A DNA stretch of 64,000 bases, from the IMG/VR virus record IMGVR_UViG_3300025706_000021, positions 12,503 to 76,502 of that record, one strand, 5' to 3'. Under the pieces are notes generated by a model. The model worked only from the letters and a program-made list of their open reading frames with translations, made no database searches and was not told the origin of the DNA. A program made the position numbers and the translations under genes. This DNA comes from a virus (Duplodnaviria; Caudoviricetes). Of this stretch, positions 48,748-58,396 are shown one piece after another (the stretch's first letter is position 1; every line of letters begins with the position of its first letter).

Positions 48748-48821
48748 TGGTGCCCTCACTTGGAATCGAACCAAGACCTGTCGCTTACAAGGCGACTACA
48801 CGACCTTCATGCTACAAGGGC
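48748..48821 (-). tRNA. tRNA-Thr(TGT)
   Basis: GTCGC-CTTGTAA-GCGAC; T-arm TTCGATT; CCA. Confidence 0.92.
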
Positions 48822-48869
48822 ATTCACTGCTGACTTAATATAGTACCCAAATCAGCTTGGAATGGTCAA
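48822..48869 (-). promoter_or_regulatory. tRNA operon promoter with operator at +1
   Basis: TTGACC-N18-TACTAT, then AAGTCA-GCAG-TGAAT. Confidence 0.7.
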
Positions 48870-48882
48870 TCTTTACCGACCA

Positions 48883-49146
48883 TTACTTTCCTTCCCACAG
48901 ACTTTCGATTTCGAGCTTCTTTGCCTCAGACTCTTCAACCTCTAAGACAACCACCTCCCAATTCTTGCATTCGGCAGGCAGCGGATACGTGGTGTCATAG
49001 CGCAGAAGGTTCAGATGCAGCTTGACATGGCCGATGTTCGGCCAGGTATGGCCCTGCTTGCTCCAGCGACCAGGAAGGCCACCACCGCGCATGCGAAAAA
49101 GACCAGTGATCTTGTGGCGGATTTTGAAAATCTCAGTCTTCGCCAT
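48883..49146 (-). CDS. Hypothetical protein
   Basis: FKIRHKITGLF...WSKQGHTW..GHVKLHL pattern. Confidence 0.7.
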   Translation of the reverse strand: MAKTEIFKIRHKITGLFRMRGGGLPGRWSKQGHTWPNIGHVKLHLNLLRYDTTYPLPAECKNWEVVVLEVEESEAKKLEIESLWEGK

Positions 49147-49147
49147 T

Positions 49148-49492
49148 TCAGCACTCCTTCCCTGCGCCCTCGATGTTAATCAATGGCTTGATGTGGTGCA
49201 GGACATCAACCAGTTCGGCTTGCATGTCCATCACTTCAAAAATGTTCTTGTAGGCGAACGGGGATTCATCCAGAGTGCTACCGCCAAAGACCCAATCCAT
49301 GTGGAGGTCGCGACGAAGACTTGCCTCATTAACGCAAATGCGGATGGTCTGACCGTGCCCCAAGTCACTTCCGAACAGCGTCTTGTCTCCGCCGCTTACC
49401 ACGCTCATGGTGATATTCCCGTAGGCGGGATGGGTGTGAATCTCACCGCGATCAGCGGTTTCCTCAACAACCGGCTCGATTTCCGCTCTCAT
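49148..49492 (-). pseudogene. Deletion chimera: phage hypothetical N-terminus fused to the C-terminal ~40 aa of an RtcB-like ligase
   Basis: HPAYGNITMSVVSGG...FGSDL..., then STLDESPFAYKNIFEVMDMQAELVDVLHHIKPLINIEG, matching the RtcB C-terminal DE.P.AYK.I..VM..Q..LV motif. Confidence 0.65.
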
Positions 49493-49499
49493 GACTTCC

Positions 49500-49943
49500 C
49501 TAGATGGTTTTTGCGTCTGCGCCAGCAAAACGAGCAAGCACATCGAACAACTGTGCGGTGCCAAGTTCGCGCAGAAAGACTTCGCGTTCGCGGCCAGCGT
49601 CATAGACAACGACCGTGCTTGGGATCGCCAGCAAAACACGCCCGATTTCGGACATCAGATCGCGGCGCATATCCCACAATTGCTGACGCGACTGAAACAG
49701 ACCGTTGTCCTCGTACAGCGTGGTTACACTGTCATCCTGACTCCCTTGAGCGTACTCAAGAACCTTTCCGGGATGCGCGTCGTTGCGATACAGACAAATG
49801 TTGCCCACCTCGTTATCGCGAATCCAGAAGCCTTCTTGTTGCTCGTTCGGGATTTCGACCAGAACGCGCAACATTGCGTCGGTGACGGCGATGTCGTTGA
49901 TCGGATTGATGGTGCGGTACTTGTGCAGAACTGAATTGCTCAT
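49500..49943 (-). CDS. Hypothetical protein
   Basis: SD AGGAG; operator overlaps the start. Confidence 0.7.
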   Translation of the reverse strand: MSNSVLHKYRTINPINDIAVTDAMLRVLVEIPNEQQEGFWIRDNEVGNICLYRNDAHPGKVLEYAQGSQDDSVTTLYEDNGLFQSRQQLWDMRRDLMSEIGRVLLAIPSTVVVYDAGREREVFLRELGTAQLFDVLARFAGADAKTI

Positions 49944-49956
49944 GTGTGACTGACTC

Positions 49957-50388
49957 CTATATTTCGTTGAAACCCTTAGCGATAAGGTTATCGCACAGGG
50001 TTTGGAACTTGGTTTTGGCTAATGCGATACACCCAGGCTCTTCGCGCATGTCGTGCATCTTTTCGGACTTGTGAAGACCATCGTGCATGGAAAGCTCCAC
50101 ACGAACCCTGCCGTCGTGGTAGTTGGTCACTTTCGCGATGTCGCCCTTTTCGTTCCGATAGAACTCACGGGTATAAAACGAGCCATCTTTTCTTGCATCT
50201 TGGGCGACTTCCATCATGATCGTGAAGTCAGACCCAGCAATACCAGCACAGGATGCCCACAGAACCGTCAGGGCGTAGCTGTACTGCGCTTCCGTGATCT
50301 TCCCGAGGTGTCGGTCGGTCGCGATCATTTCAAGCGCTTCTAGCGCTTTCCGATCAACTTCCTGCTGTAGTGTCGGAACTTCACTCAT
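49957..50388 (-). CDS. Hypothetical protein
   Basis: ATGA-coupled. Confidence 0.7.
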   Translation of the reverse strand: MSEVPTLQQEVDRKALEALEMIATDRHLGKITEAQYSYALTVLWASCAGIAGSDFTIMMEVAQDARKDGSFYTREFYRNEKGDIAKVTNYHDGRVRVELSMHDGLHKSEKMHDMREEPGCIALAKTKFQTLCDNLIAKGFNEI

Positions 50389-50742
50389 AGTAATTCCTCC
50401 GGGATTTCAACCTCGTCACCCAGCTTGCTGGCGACGTAGCAGCGCATGGCCGCGACGAGTGGTGTAGGACTTGGATAATATTTAGCGCCATATTGTCCGT
50501 ACGTAGTTGCCAACCATTCTCCCGTATCGCAGTTTTGCACCACGCTGATCTTCTCCCGTTCGATGATCGGGCCACCTTGCGACCAGGCGGTTGATGGCTC
50601 ATATTCCGCCTTGCTAGTAAGGCAAGCAGGGAACACCCGCCCCCGTTGAAACCCCACGTGCAAGATAAACCAAAAAATCCTGGCATTGTGCCACCGCCCA
50701 ATTAAGAGCACCGCCCGTCAGTTCGCTGGTTTTCATTTTCAT
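50385..50742 (-). pseudogene. DUF2591/NinX-like phage protein with a frameshift near 50640
   Basis: MKTSELTGGALNWAVA in one frame; YEPSTAWSQGGPIIERE...PLVAAMRCYVASKLGDEVEIPEEL in another. Confidence 0.7.
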
Positions 50743-51116
50743 GATGCCGTCACCCTTCTTTCTCGAAGTTCGAATAGTCCTTTGTGTTCCCGATGCTTTG
50801 CGATAAAGGCACGGGCATACCATGCGGTGAAATTGTTATTCAGCTTCAAATCCCGCTTCAACGGTACGCAGTATCCCGCCCCTACTGTGGAAACAGCTAT
50901 TTCCCACCGAATGCGCTCGAAAATAAACTTCGATCCGATCTTGGTCATGCCCGCATCTATCGCCTCAAACGTGAAGCGCTCGAACAGGTCATAGACCTGC
51001 GGGTTTGCCTTATGAAAGGCGATGAACCTGTCTCGGATCGAAAGTTTCGGCACAGTTACCTCAGTGAAAGACGATTGGCGTACCCGCTTCTTTCGCCGCC
51101 GTAATACGCATGACAT
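50739..51116 (-). CDS. Conserved phage hypothetical protein
   Basis: FHKANPQVY...FERIRWE...LNNNFTAWYAR. Confidence 0.75.
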   Translation of the reverse strand: MSCVLRRRKKRVRQSSFTEVTVPKLSIRDRFIAFHKANPQVYDLFERFTFEAIDAGMTKIGSKFIFERIRWEIAVSTVGAGYCVPLKRDLKLNNNFTAWYARAFIAKHREHKGLFELRERRVTAS

Positions 51117-51699
51117 GGCGCTCGACAGTACGATCTAGCGCGTGATTCACGCTGCGTACCCTCTTTTCCAGATCCAACGTACTGCGTGGGATGAAATAGT
51201 GCGTTGCTTGAATGGTCTCTGACGCAACGAGGCCCATCACCAACTGTGCAATATGCTCGATGTAGCCTGGAGACAACGAAGCCTTACCGTCTTCCGGCAC
51301 GACATTGATTCCCGGCTGCACGATCACCAGAATCGCGAACACCTCATTCGTCAGCGCGATGCAGTCCTTGACGTACTTTGCGAGTCGCAATTCAAGGTCG
51401 GGCGTCAGGTTGTTTTGGCGAACCTCGGCAAGCGTGTAAGCAAGCATGTCGATAGGGGTACGATCAGCGATGAACTTCTGACCACCAAGCGAACGGTACT
51501 GCGTGGCAAAAGACTTCAAGATTCGCTCTTGAATGTCCAAGCGAACCTCAAACGGGTATTCAACAGCGGGGTCTAGCCCCATGTCCTTGAACACCTGAGA
51601 GGCGCTGGTGCGAAGAAACGTGAAACCATCACGCCCCTCCGCGAACGCTTTCGCCAGTGTGGTCTTGCCGGTGCGATGGCTACCACACAGTCCGATCAT
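51061..51699 (-). CDS. P-loop nucleotide kinase (dNMP kinase-like)
   Basis: GSHRTGKTT, ADRTPID; next to dUTPase. Confidence 0.75.
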   Translation of the reverse strand: MIGLCGSHRTGKTTLAKAFAEGRDGFTFLRTSASQVFKDMGLDPAVEYPFEVRLDIQERILKSFATQYRSLGGQKFIADRTPIDMLAYTLAEVRQNNLTPDLELRLAKYVKDCIALTNEVFAILVIVQPGINVVPEDGKASLSPGYIEHIAQLVMGLVASETIQATHYFIPRSTLDLEKRVRSVNHALDRTVERHVMRITAAKEAGTPIVFH

Positions 51700-52208
51700 T
51701 CAGCGACTTCCTCGCCCAGCGAACCACGCGGAACAACGTCGCTGACGCCAGTGCTGCCGAATCCACCAAGACCACGCTCGGTTTCGGCGTCGAACGCATC
51801 GACAACAACGAAGTCGGGATGGACTACGGGAACGAACAGCAATTGCGCAATGCGCTCGCCGGGATTGATCGTGATGGTTTCTTGCTGACCGCGATTCCAC
51901 GCACTGACGTACCACTGATCCTGGTAGTCGGCATCGATCAGGCCGACCGAGTTACCGAGAACCAAGCCCTGCTTGTGACCAAGGCCAGAACGCGGCAGGA
52001 TCAAACCGGCCAGGTTCATGAACTTGATGTAGATGGCGAGTCCGGTGGGAACCAGAACAGCCTTGCCGTCATTGCGCAGGTAAATCGGGTCTTCGTTGCA
52101 TGCGACCAGATCGAAACCTGCCGACAACGGAGTACCGCGCTTCGGGAGTACCGCGCGCTTGTCCAGAACCTTGATCTGGATCGGCGGATTGATGGTCGGG
52201 CCTTCCAT
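51696..52208 (-). CDS. dut: dUTPase
   Basis: SAGFDL, PRSGLG, GLIDADY, GERIAQL, RGLGGFGSTG. Confidence 0.97.
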   Translation of the reverse strand: MEGPTINPPIQIKVLDKRAVLPKRGTPLSAGFDLVACNEDPIYLRNDGKAVLVPTGLAIYIKFMNLAGLILPRSGLGHKQGLVLGNSVGLIDADYQDQWYVSAWNRGQQETITINPGERIAQLLFVPVVHPDFVVVDAFDAETERGLGGFGSTGVSDVVPRGSLGEEVAE

Positions 52209-52480
52209 TACGCGCACTTCTTTGCGAGTTCGCCGATGGTCAGTTCGGTGACGGTGCTGTCGGCGCCGATCAGACCGGACAACTTGACCGCGACTTCACG
52301 GGCATGGGCGGATTCGTTCAGGGCTGCGACACGGGCCTTTTCTGCGTTGGCGGCAATGTCGGCCTGGCGCTGTGCTTCTTCTTGCTGTTCGGCGTCGAGT
52401 TGCATCAGGTCTTCGATGGTCTTGCTGAAGGCGCCGAGAATGTCAGCGACGGTTTTCTTGCCTTGCGTGAAATTGAACAT
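52208..52480 (-). CDS. Hypothetical coiled-coil protein
   Basis: SD AAGGAG; promoter and operator upstream. Confidence 0.75.
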   Translation of the reverse strand: MFNFTQGKKTVADILGAFSKTIEDLMQLDAEQQEEAQRQADIAANAEKARVAALNESAHAREVAVKLSGLIGADSTVTELTIGELAKKCA

Positions 52481-52540
52481 GATTTCTCCTTACGGTTTGA
52501 GTCAGTGGTGAGTTATGAAGTATAGTCAGATTCGCTCGGA

Positions 52541-53494
52541 TTAAGCGAACTGGCTTTCGATTAGTTTGCGGTGTTGAGTCCACCCCAAAAAGTTGCCAGA
52601 CCAGGCACTTCCGCCCATGTCGATGTGAGACACACCATCTGGAACGTAGCTCTTGATCTCGACATCGCCGTCGTTGAAGTAAACGCGTGGCTCGATTTCG
52701 GGCATTGGTGTTGCCTGATGCTCGAATGGGGAGGCATGAATCGGGCGCGCACCGGCGAGACGATCACACAATGCCAGGTCTTCTTCTACCGATGCCGTGT
52801 CGCCATCGTGTTTCAAGTACGAGACGCGACAGCAGCGGGCCGCGCTGATCTTGCGAAGAAGGTCGTTGATCTCGTCTTCCTTGGGTTCATCGCGGGTGAC
52901 TCGCCCCTGCTTCAAGAATGCGACAACCTGAGTACGATCCGCATCTGTGACGTATGGCAAATGCCATTGCCCGTATTTAAGAACCTTGGGCGTAGATTCG
53001 CCCATTGCAGCGGACATGCGAACGGCAAGCATCTGGATCTCGGGCTGCGCATCCTTGTGGGCGCGAAGCTCGAACCAGTTGTCGAATTCGGTGGCGGTCA
53101 GAACAACGCTGATGTGCTGGAACGGCTCCAAGATGCGATTGGCTACCTGCTTGTGCAGACCGATTTCCGTCATTTGCTCGGCAACACGGGCTGCGTTGCT
53201 TGCTGCCTGATGCCATAACTCAAACGCTCTGGTGCGACTGTCGCCAGTTAGCTCTTCGTTCGCCTGCATGCCTGGCTGGTTCAGACCCCAATGAATCGGC
53301 ATCGCCGGATCAGTGCGAACCATTTCCAGCATCTTCTTGACCGGAATGGCGCGGGAAGAACTTGCGTTACGACTGAAGACGCGGTGGGTATTAAATTCAG
53401 GCAAAATAAAGCGCGGAAATTTTAACTGTAAAGTTGTCAGTCTTTTCCCTTCTTCGCTAATTGAATCCGCTATAACTTTTGCTTCAATGGTCAT
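52541..53494 (-). CDS. thyX: Flavin-dependent thymidylate synthase
   Basis: EFNTHRVFSRNASSSRAIP, KQVANRILEPF, AQPEI, HASPFEH. Confidence 0.93.
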   Translation of the reverse strand: MTIEAKVIADSISEEGKRLTTLQLKFPRFILPEFNTHRVFSRNASSSRAIPVKKMLEMVRTDPAMPIHWGLNQPGMQANEELTGDSRTRAFELWHQAASNAARVAEQMTEIGLHKQVANRILEPFQHISVVLTATEFDNWFELRAHKDAQPEIQMLAVRMSAAMGESTPKVLKYGQWHLPYVTDADRTQVVAFLKQGRVTRDEPKEDEINDLLRKISAARCCRVSYLKHDGDTASVEEDLALCDRLAGARPIHASPFEHQATPMPEIEPRVYFNDGDVEIKSYVPDGVSHIDMGGSAWSGNFLGWTQHRKLIESQFA

Positions 53495-54122
53495 TTATTA
53501 CTTCCTTTCTTAGAAATTCAATCTCATTTAAGTCACGTTTAGAACAGTTACATGACCAACATGCCATAACTAGATTATCAGCAACATGACCACCACCTTT
53601 AGATAGCGGTATTTTGTGATCTATCGTTCGGAGATTACTTGGTGTGTCTTCTCCACAGTAATAGCAAGCTGGTTCCGCATATAGACTTTTTAATAATTCA
53701 TCCGTAACTGTTCCATCAGATGTAACTTTCTTTTTTGTCCTATACTCAAACATTCGAACTCGATGATTTGCCAGATGACGTTCCCTGTTTCTCTTTCGAT
53801 ACAAAGAAGTTGCAGCTTTCGCTTTTTCCTTATCTTTGTATTTACTGGCAATACACGGTTTGCAATATGTCGCAATTCCCCCTAATCCCCTTGTTGATGG
53901 CGAGAATTCGGATAACTCTTTCATTTCATTGCAGCACATGCACAACTTTTTCCCATCTTCGATACGAGACATTGGACGAACGCAAATCCCATTCTTTTCA
54001 CGCTTTTCTTTCATAGCCTTGGTCTTACACTCCCTACACTGACCATTCGGATGACCCTTGTATAGTTGGTATTTAGACCAAGGTTTTTCTTCACCACACT
54101 TGCTACACTTATGCGTTTCCAT
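53484..54122 (-). mobile_element. HNH homing endonuclease with zinc fingers
   Basis: CYYCG...TIDHKIPLSKGGGH..DNLVMACWSCN. Confidence 0.92.
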
Positions 54123-54198
54123 ACTTCACCATAGATAAGTCAGTAGTGGCTTACTTTAACAAACGTGATTTGGATGTCAAGCTCAGTGTGAATAAAAT

Positions 54199-54714
54199 TC
54201 AGTATTTCTCCGAGTGCTCGGCGTGCACATCCCAATTCGCGATGTATTGGGAGGCAAGACCGGAATCACGCAACACCAGCAGGTTTTCGGCATTTGCCTT
54301 TTCCGCCGCGTTGCTGAAATTGAAGCTGCCCGTAATGACAGTTTCCCCGTCGATCACGATGACCTTGTTATGCTGGATCGGGTGCTTTGCATCAACCAGA
54401 ACGGGAATGATCGATGCGATCTTGTAGGCGCAGCAGTATTGCTCGCCTTCGAGTCCTGGGCGACGCTGCGAGCGATCAACGATCACCTTCACATGCACCC
54501 CGCGCAACCAAGCGCCAATAATTGCCTCGCTAATCTTCTTGTTCGTCAGTTGGTATGTCATGACGTGAATCTCCTTCTTCGCCTTACCCACCTCTTGTAC
54601 GACAGCTTCTTCCGCGCCACCCTTGGGCGAGAAATAGACGGACGCCTGGGCGAATGCCGTTCCCGCTATCGAGGCAATTACCGCAAGTGCTGCCAGTTTT
54701 TTACGATACGTCAT
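54199..54714 (-). CDS. Secreted PLD-family (Nuc-like) endonuclease
   Basis: Signal peptide ending AFA, YFSPKGG, HNKVIVID..TGSFNFS, NAENL. Confidence 0.9.
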   Translation of the reverse strand: MTYRKKLAALAVIASIAGTAFAQASVYFSPKGGAEEAVVQEVGKAKKEIHVMTYQLTNKKISEAIIGAWLRGVHVKVIVDRSQRRPGLEGEQYCCAYKIASIIPVLVDAKHPIQHNKVIVIDGETVITGSFNFSNAAEKANAENLLVLRDSGLASQYIANWDVHAEHSEKY

Positions 54715-54730
54715 TGATGACTGATCCTTT

Positions 54731-54910
54731 CTATTTGTTCTTGAAGTCGGTTTCGTAGAACCCGGAACCGTTGAACTTCGGCCTTGCTGGTGCAGACATC
54801 TTTTTATCTGCACCAGCCCCGCATTTTGGGCATTCGACCTTGGCATCGCTCTTGGCAATGCGTTCGAATTCATGCCCGCATTCCTTGCAGTGAAAGTCGA
54901 ACAGAGGCAT
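54731..54910 (-). CDS. FmdB-family zinc-ribbon protein
   Basis: Manual translation MPLFDFHCKECGHEFE...CPKCG...FNGSGFYETDFK. Confidence 0.88.
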   Translation of the reverse strand: MPLFDFHCKECGHEFERIAKSDAKVECPKCGAGADKKMSAPARPKFNGSGFYETDFKNK

Positions 54911-55182
54911 CAGCTTGCCTTGCTGCGCATTCCGCTGAAAATAACGCGGCTAATCAGGGATGCCAGAACCCACGCACCAGCGAACACCCAATAGTCGGGA
55001 TTGACCAGACCTTGTGGGCCATCGAACAGGCTCGACATCACGAACGTCCAGAGTTGCCACAGCAACCAGAGAACACCAAGCACCATGCCGACGACAAGCG
55101 CGGCACCAAACGCCCAAGTTGCGAGTGCCAGAAAGAGCGCGAGAACGACGCCCGAACCGGACAGTTTGTACGACTTCTTCAT
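54910..55182 (-). CDS. Membrane protein
   Basis: Three hydrophobic segments; SD AAGGA. Confidence 0.7.
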   Translation of the reverse strand: MKKSYKLSGSGVVLALFLALATWAFGAALVVGMVLGVLWLLWQLWTFVMSSLFDGPQGLVNPDYWVFAGAWVLASLISRVIFSGMRSKAS

Positions 55183-55402
55183 ATTTCATTTTCCTTGTAG
55201 AAAGGTGGCTGGGCAGATTTGGAGTCACTTGAAGCGAGGGAAAATCTCTCGCCTACACCCAGCACACTGAAAGGTGGGGGCTTATCACCCCCGAGATAAC
55301 CGATTCCCGAACCGTCGTTCAGGCGATACCTGTAAATCCAGGTCTGTTTTGCTCTGTCTCCGGTGCCGCTATTAGCAACGGTAAGAGTTACGGGCATTCG
55401 AA

Positions 55403-55684
55403 TCAGGGCATTTCTACCTTGATCTTGAAGTCAGCAGCGGCCTTGAATTTCACTGCCTTTTTCGCCGCAACCAGGACAGAACTTCCGTCTTTTGGGTTGC
55501 GATAGACGCGAGCAGCCTTATCAACGCTGATAAATTTGCCGAACTTGTCGAGATTCACTTCGTTTCCAGAAGCTACCTCGTCCTTGATGAAAGACAGGGC
55601 GTCCTTCAGCATGTATTCGGCTGCTTTGCGGGAAATCCCGTTATTTGCCGCGACGAATTCCGCTACATCTTTGATCGTTGCCAT
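55403..55684 (-). CDS. HU/IHF-family DNA-binding protein
   Basis: VNLDKFGKF, RNPKDG, VKFKAA; ATG 55684 follows GGGGA. Confidence 0.93.
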   Translation of the reverse strand: MATIKDVAEFVAANNGISRKAAEYMLKDALSFIKDEVASGNEVNLDKFGKFISVDKAARVYRNPKDGSSVLVAAKKAVKFKAAADFKIKVEMP

Positions 55685-55820
55685 TGCTTCCCCTAGTTGC
55701 TCTTGCGTTTCAGAAAGCGCTTTGCCTTGTTCAGACAAACCACCGTACCGACGCTTCCGGTCAGTGCCCCCGCGATGAACGCGTAGAGCACGTCCGAAAA
55801 TGTGATGACAGGAACCGCCA

Positions 55821-56246
55821 TTACTTCTTGATGGTGGGTAGCGGGAACGGAACGTCCTTGTTGCAACCGGAGTTCTGCTTCGCGAGATTCGGCAGCTTGT
55901 TGAAGTCTTCTTCGCGGTAGCAGCCGACGCTGGTCGAGTACGTGCTGCACATCAGAACGGTCTTATCGACCGCCTTGCCTTCGACCTTCATGATCGAAAC
56001 CTGCGACCAACCGTCGCCCTGCGGGCATGCCGGTGTTTGGCCGTCATCGGAACGGGCGATGATGCTGTAGTCGCCGGTGAAGCGCGGGTTGGCGGCGCGG
56101 TAAAGCTGCGCGTTCATTTCGGCGTTGCTTTTGGCGATGGAGCGCGCTTCTTCCAGGCGGTCGGACGAAACAACTTCGTTCTTGCCGCACGCGGTCATGG
56201 CGAGAGCGAAGGCAAGCATTGCTGCTACAAACATGGACTTTTTCAT
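55821..56246 (-). CDS. Lipoprotein
   Basis: Lipobox AMTAC; four Cys. Confidence 0.8.
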   Translation of the reverse strand: MKKSMFVAAMLAFALAMTACGKNEVVSSDRLEEARSIAKSNAEMNAQLYRAANPRFTGDYSIIARSDDGQTPACPQGDGWSQVSIMKVEGKAVDKTVLMCSTYSTSVGCYREEDFNKLPNLAKQNSGCNKDVPFPLPTIKK

Positions 56247-56339
56247 TTGATCTCCTTGATCGTTGGTTGTAAAACTGTGTTGTTGAACAGAAACTACACT
56301 TTAAGCAGTATAGGTTGGCAACGTCAGTGGTGACTGACT

Positions 56340-56528
56340 TTATGCGACTTCCGGGTCGTCATCTACGAATTCGACATTGCCCAAGAATGCGTTCGGATTG
56401 ACACGCATGCACTCGACTTCACCAGCATCAAGCGGTCGCGTGAATTGCGTACTTGCAACTTTCTTCTTGCCTTCGAATGCAGAATACTTGTGATCCACAG
56501 TATCGATATATACCAATTTCGTTGTCAT
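56340..56528 (-). CDS. Hypothetical protein
   Basis: SD AGGAG; hairpin upstream. Confidence 0.6.
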   Translation of the reverse strand: MTTKLVYIDTVDHKYSAFEGKKKVASTQFTRPLDAGEVECMRVNPNAFLGNVEFVDDDPEVA

Positions 56529-56578
56529 GCTGACTCCTATTGATTAACACGGGGCTTTGGCCCCGTGTTTGGTGTGAC

Positions 56579-56866
56579 TTACTGGTTAAGCTGCATTTTC
56601 GTTGAACGAAATCGGACACGCCCCGCTACCGCAATCAGACGCATCTCCATTTCATACGCCTTTTGCAGAGAATCTGTCGTTGTTGTCGCTTCATGAACCC
56701 AGCAGTCCTCACCGTATTTGCGAATAGCACCGTGAAACGCAAACTTGGAACCGCGACGTGCAGCCTGACAGTGTTCCGCGAAGCGTTCTTCTGCCGTCTT
56801 GTTGGTGATCCCAACGTAACTTTTCCCACTTATTTTGCAGGTATGAATATAGATGACGTAACTCAT
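56579..56866 (-). pseudogene. Truncated GIY-YIG homing endonuclease
   Basis: VIYIH...YVGIT...RF.EH...AIRKYG..E; ends after the catalytic domain with no DNA-binding part. Confidence 0.7.
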
Positions 56867-56948
56867 AAGTGACTATTCTATCCTAGAAATTAAGGGCGAG
56901 GCCGTGATAGCCTGCCTCGCCCAGCGTCAAAGAACGCTCAGTTGCGAC

Positions 56949-57668
56949 TTATGCGGCTTCTTTCGAGAAATCTATCGGGCATGCGCCGCTAGAACAGTCA
57001 ATGTGAGCGAAATCAACGTCCTCTTTAATTTCACTGTCCTTGATTGCAGCCACAACCAACTCGTAGCGCGACTTCTCAATCATTTCTTCCGGTTGGTACT
57101 CGTAGGCGCTTGTGTCCGACTGCGGCATCACAGAACAACAGCGAATTGTTCTTTGCCCTTCAAGCAAAGTGCGCTTGAAGTCCTCGAACGAAAGCTCTTC
57201 TGGCTTGTACTTGAGCGTGTAGCTGATCTGATTCCCGCGATCTTCAAGCGGGGTCACACCATCTTCCTCGACACCAACAATCCAGTATTTCTCCAGAAGG
57301 CGAATGTATTCATACTGCTCTTCCGGCGTCGCTTCTGCGGCAGTTACCAGCTTGTCTCCCATGCCCAAGGTACAAATCATGGGCGCGGTAGGGAAGCCAA
57401 CGATAGTGGTGCCCGAGTAGGTTTGCAGTTTGCGAACTGGATACCCCTTTGCGCGATACTCTTCAACCAGTGGGTCATCATTGCGGAACTGAACCCAGCG
57501 CAGGAATTCGCGCATGGACGGCAAGTGTGCGCCCTCGGTCAGAGCAAACAGCTTCGAGGTGGTGTTATGCGACACGCAGCCATTGGACAGTTGGTAAGTG
57601 TGGGTTTCCGCGACTTCAATATCGACGGTCAGTTCGGGCGCTGTCTGCTTGATGCTTTTGATCTTCAT
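56949..57668 (-). CDS. nrdJ: Class II RNR C-terminal fragment fused to a 35-aa split IntC
   Basis: MKIKSIK...TVDIEV..THTYQLSNGCVSHN|TTSKLF; C-terminal DCSSGACPI redox pair. Confidence 0.92.
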   Translation of the reverse strand: MKIKSIKQTAPELTVDIEVAETHTYQLSNGCVSHNTTSKLFALTEGAHLPSMREFLRWVQFRNDDPLVEEYRAKGYPVRKLQTYSGTTIVGFPTAPMICTLGMGDKLVTAAEATPEEQYEYIRLLEKYWIVGVEEDGVTPLEDRGNQISYTLKYKPEELSFEDFKRTLLEGQRTIRCCSVMPQSDTSAYEYQPEEMIEKSRYELVVAAIKDSEIKEDVDFAHIDCSSGACPIDFSKEAA

Positions 57669-58345
57669 TTCTTTGTTCTGCCTTTCTTGTGGCCGGTTCT
57701 GTTCAAGAAGTCCTCGAAGGACTCCGCTTTTTGCATTGCTGCGGTGTATTTCATATCCTTCACGCCGTCGCTATACCATTTGAATCCAGCGTTTTTTACG
57801 CCACCTCGCTTACCTCGCGACGATTGAATGTCGGACGCAGAGAATTGCTCCTTGACGGCCGAAGCGCCCAACTTAGCCCACTCGCGACGAGTCTCTTCGT
57901 CAGTGTGAATTCCAAGCCCAAGCTCTTTCTGCTTCGTGCCGCCGATTGCCCCAGCCATCGAAGCGATTGTTTTACGCTTCACTTCGTCAAAAAGCTGAAA
58001 TCCATTTGCTTCACCGCGCTCTTTCTTGGCAATTTGAGAAGCCCTGCCACCCATAGCGCAAGCGGCAAGGTGGGCTTCGCGATTACGTCCAGAAATCATG
58101 TGGTAAGCGCAAAGATCACGCGGATCGCCAAACTTCTCGTAAAGCGCAAGGTGAGCAAGGGCGTGATCTTCCTGATGCAAAACCGTCAGGTTGCTTATGT
58201 CGTGCGTTCCGCCGAGTCTTAGCGGGAGAGCATGATGCACTTCATAATCATCAGGAATTATCACGTTGTAGTGTTCCTCATAGAGCTTCTTGGTGTTCGG
58301 GCGGTACTTGTATGAATCAGCGGGTTTGTACATTTGAAAATCCAC
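57665..58345 (-). mobile_element. Free-standing HNH endonuclease between the two nrdJ halves
   Basis: EVHHALPLRLGGTHDISNLTVL...DHALAH. Confidence 0.9.
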
Positions 58346-58396
58346 TCAGTCGTAACTTACTAATTATACAATTAAACCCGCTGGAACCACAAGTGC

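Noticed and set aside
55179-55397. 72-aa ORF after HU
   Set aside because: It runs through a terminator-like hairpin (GGGGG-CTTATCA-CCCCC) and has no recognisable motif; may be a gene fragment, not called.
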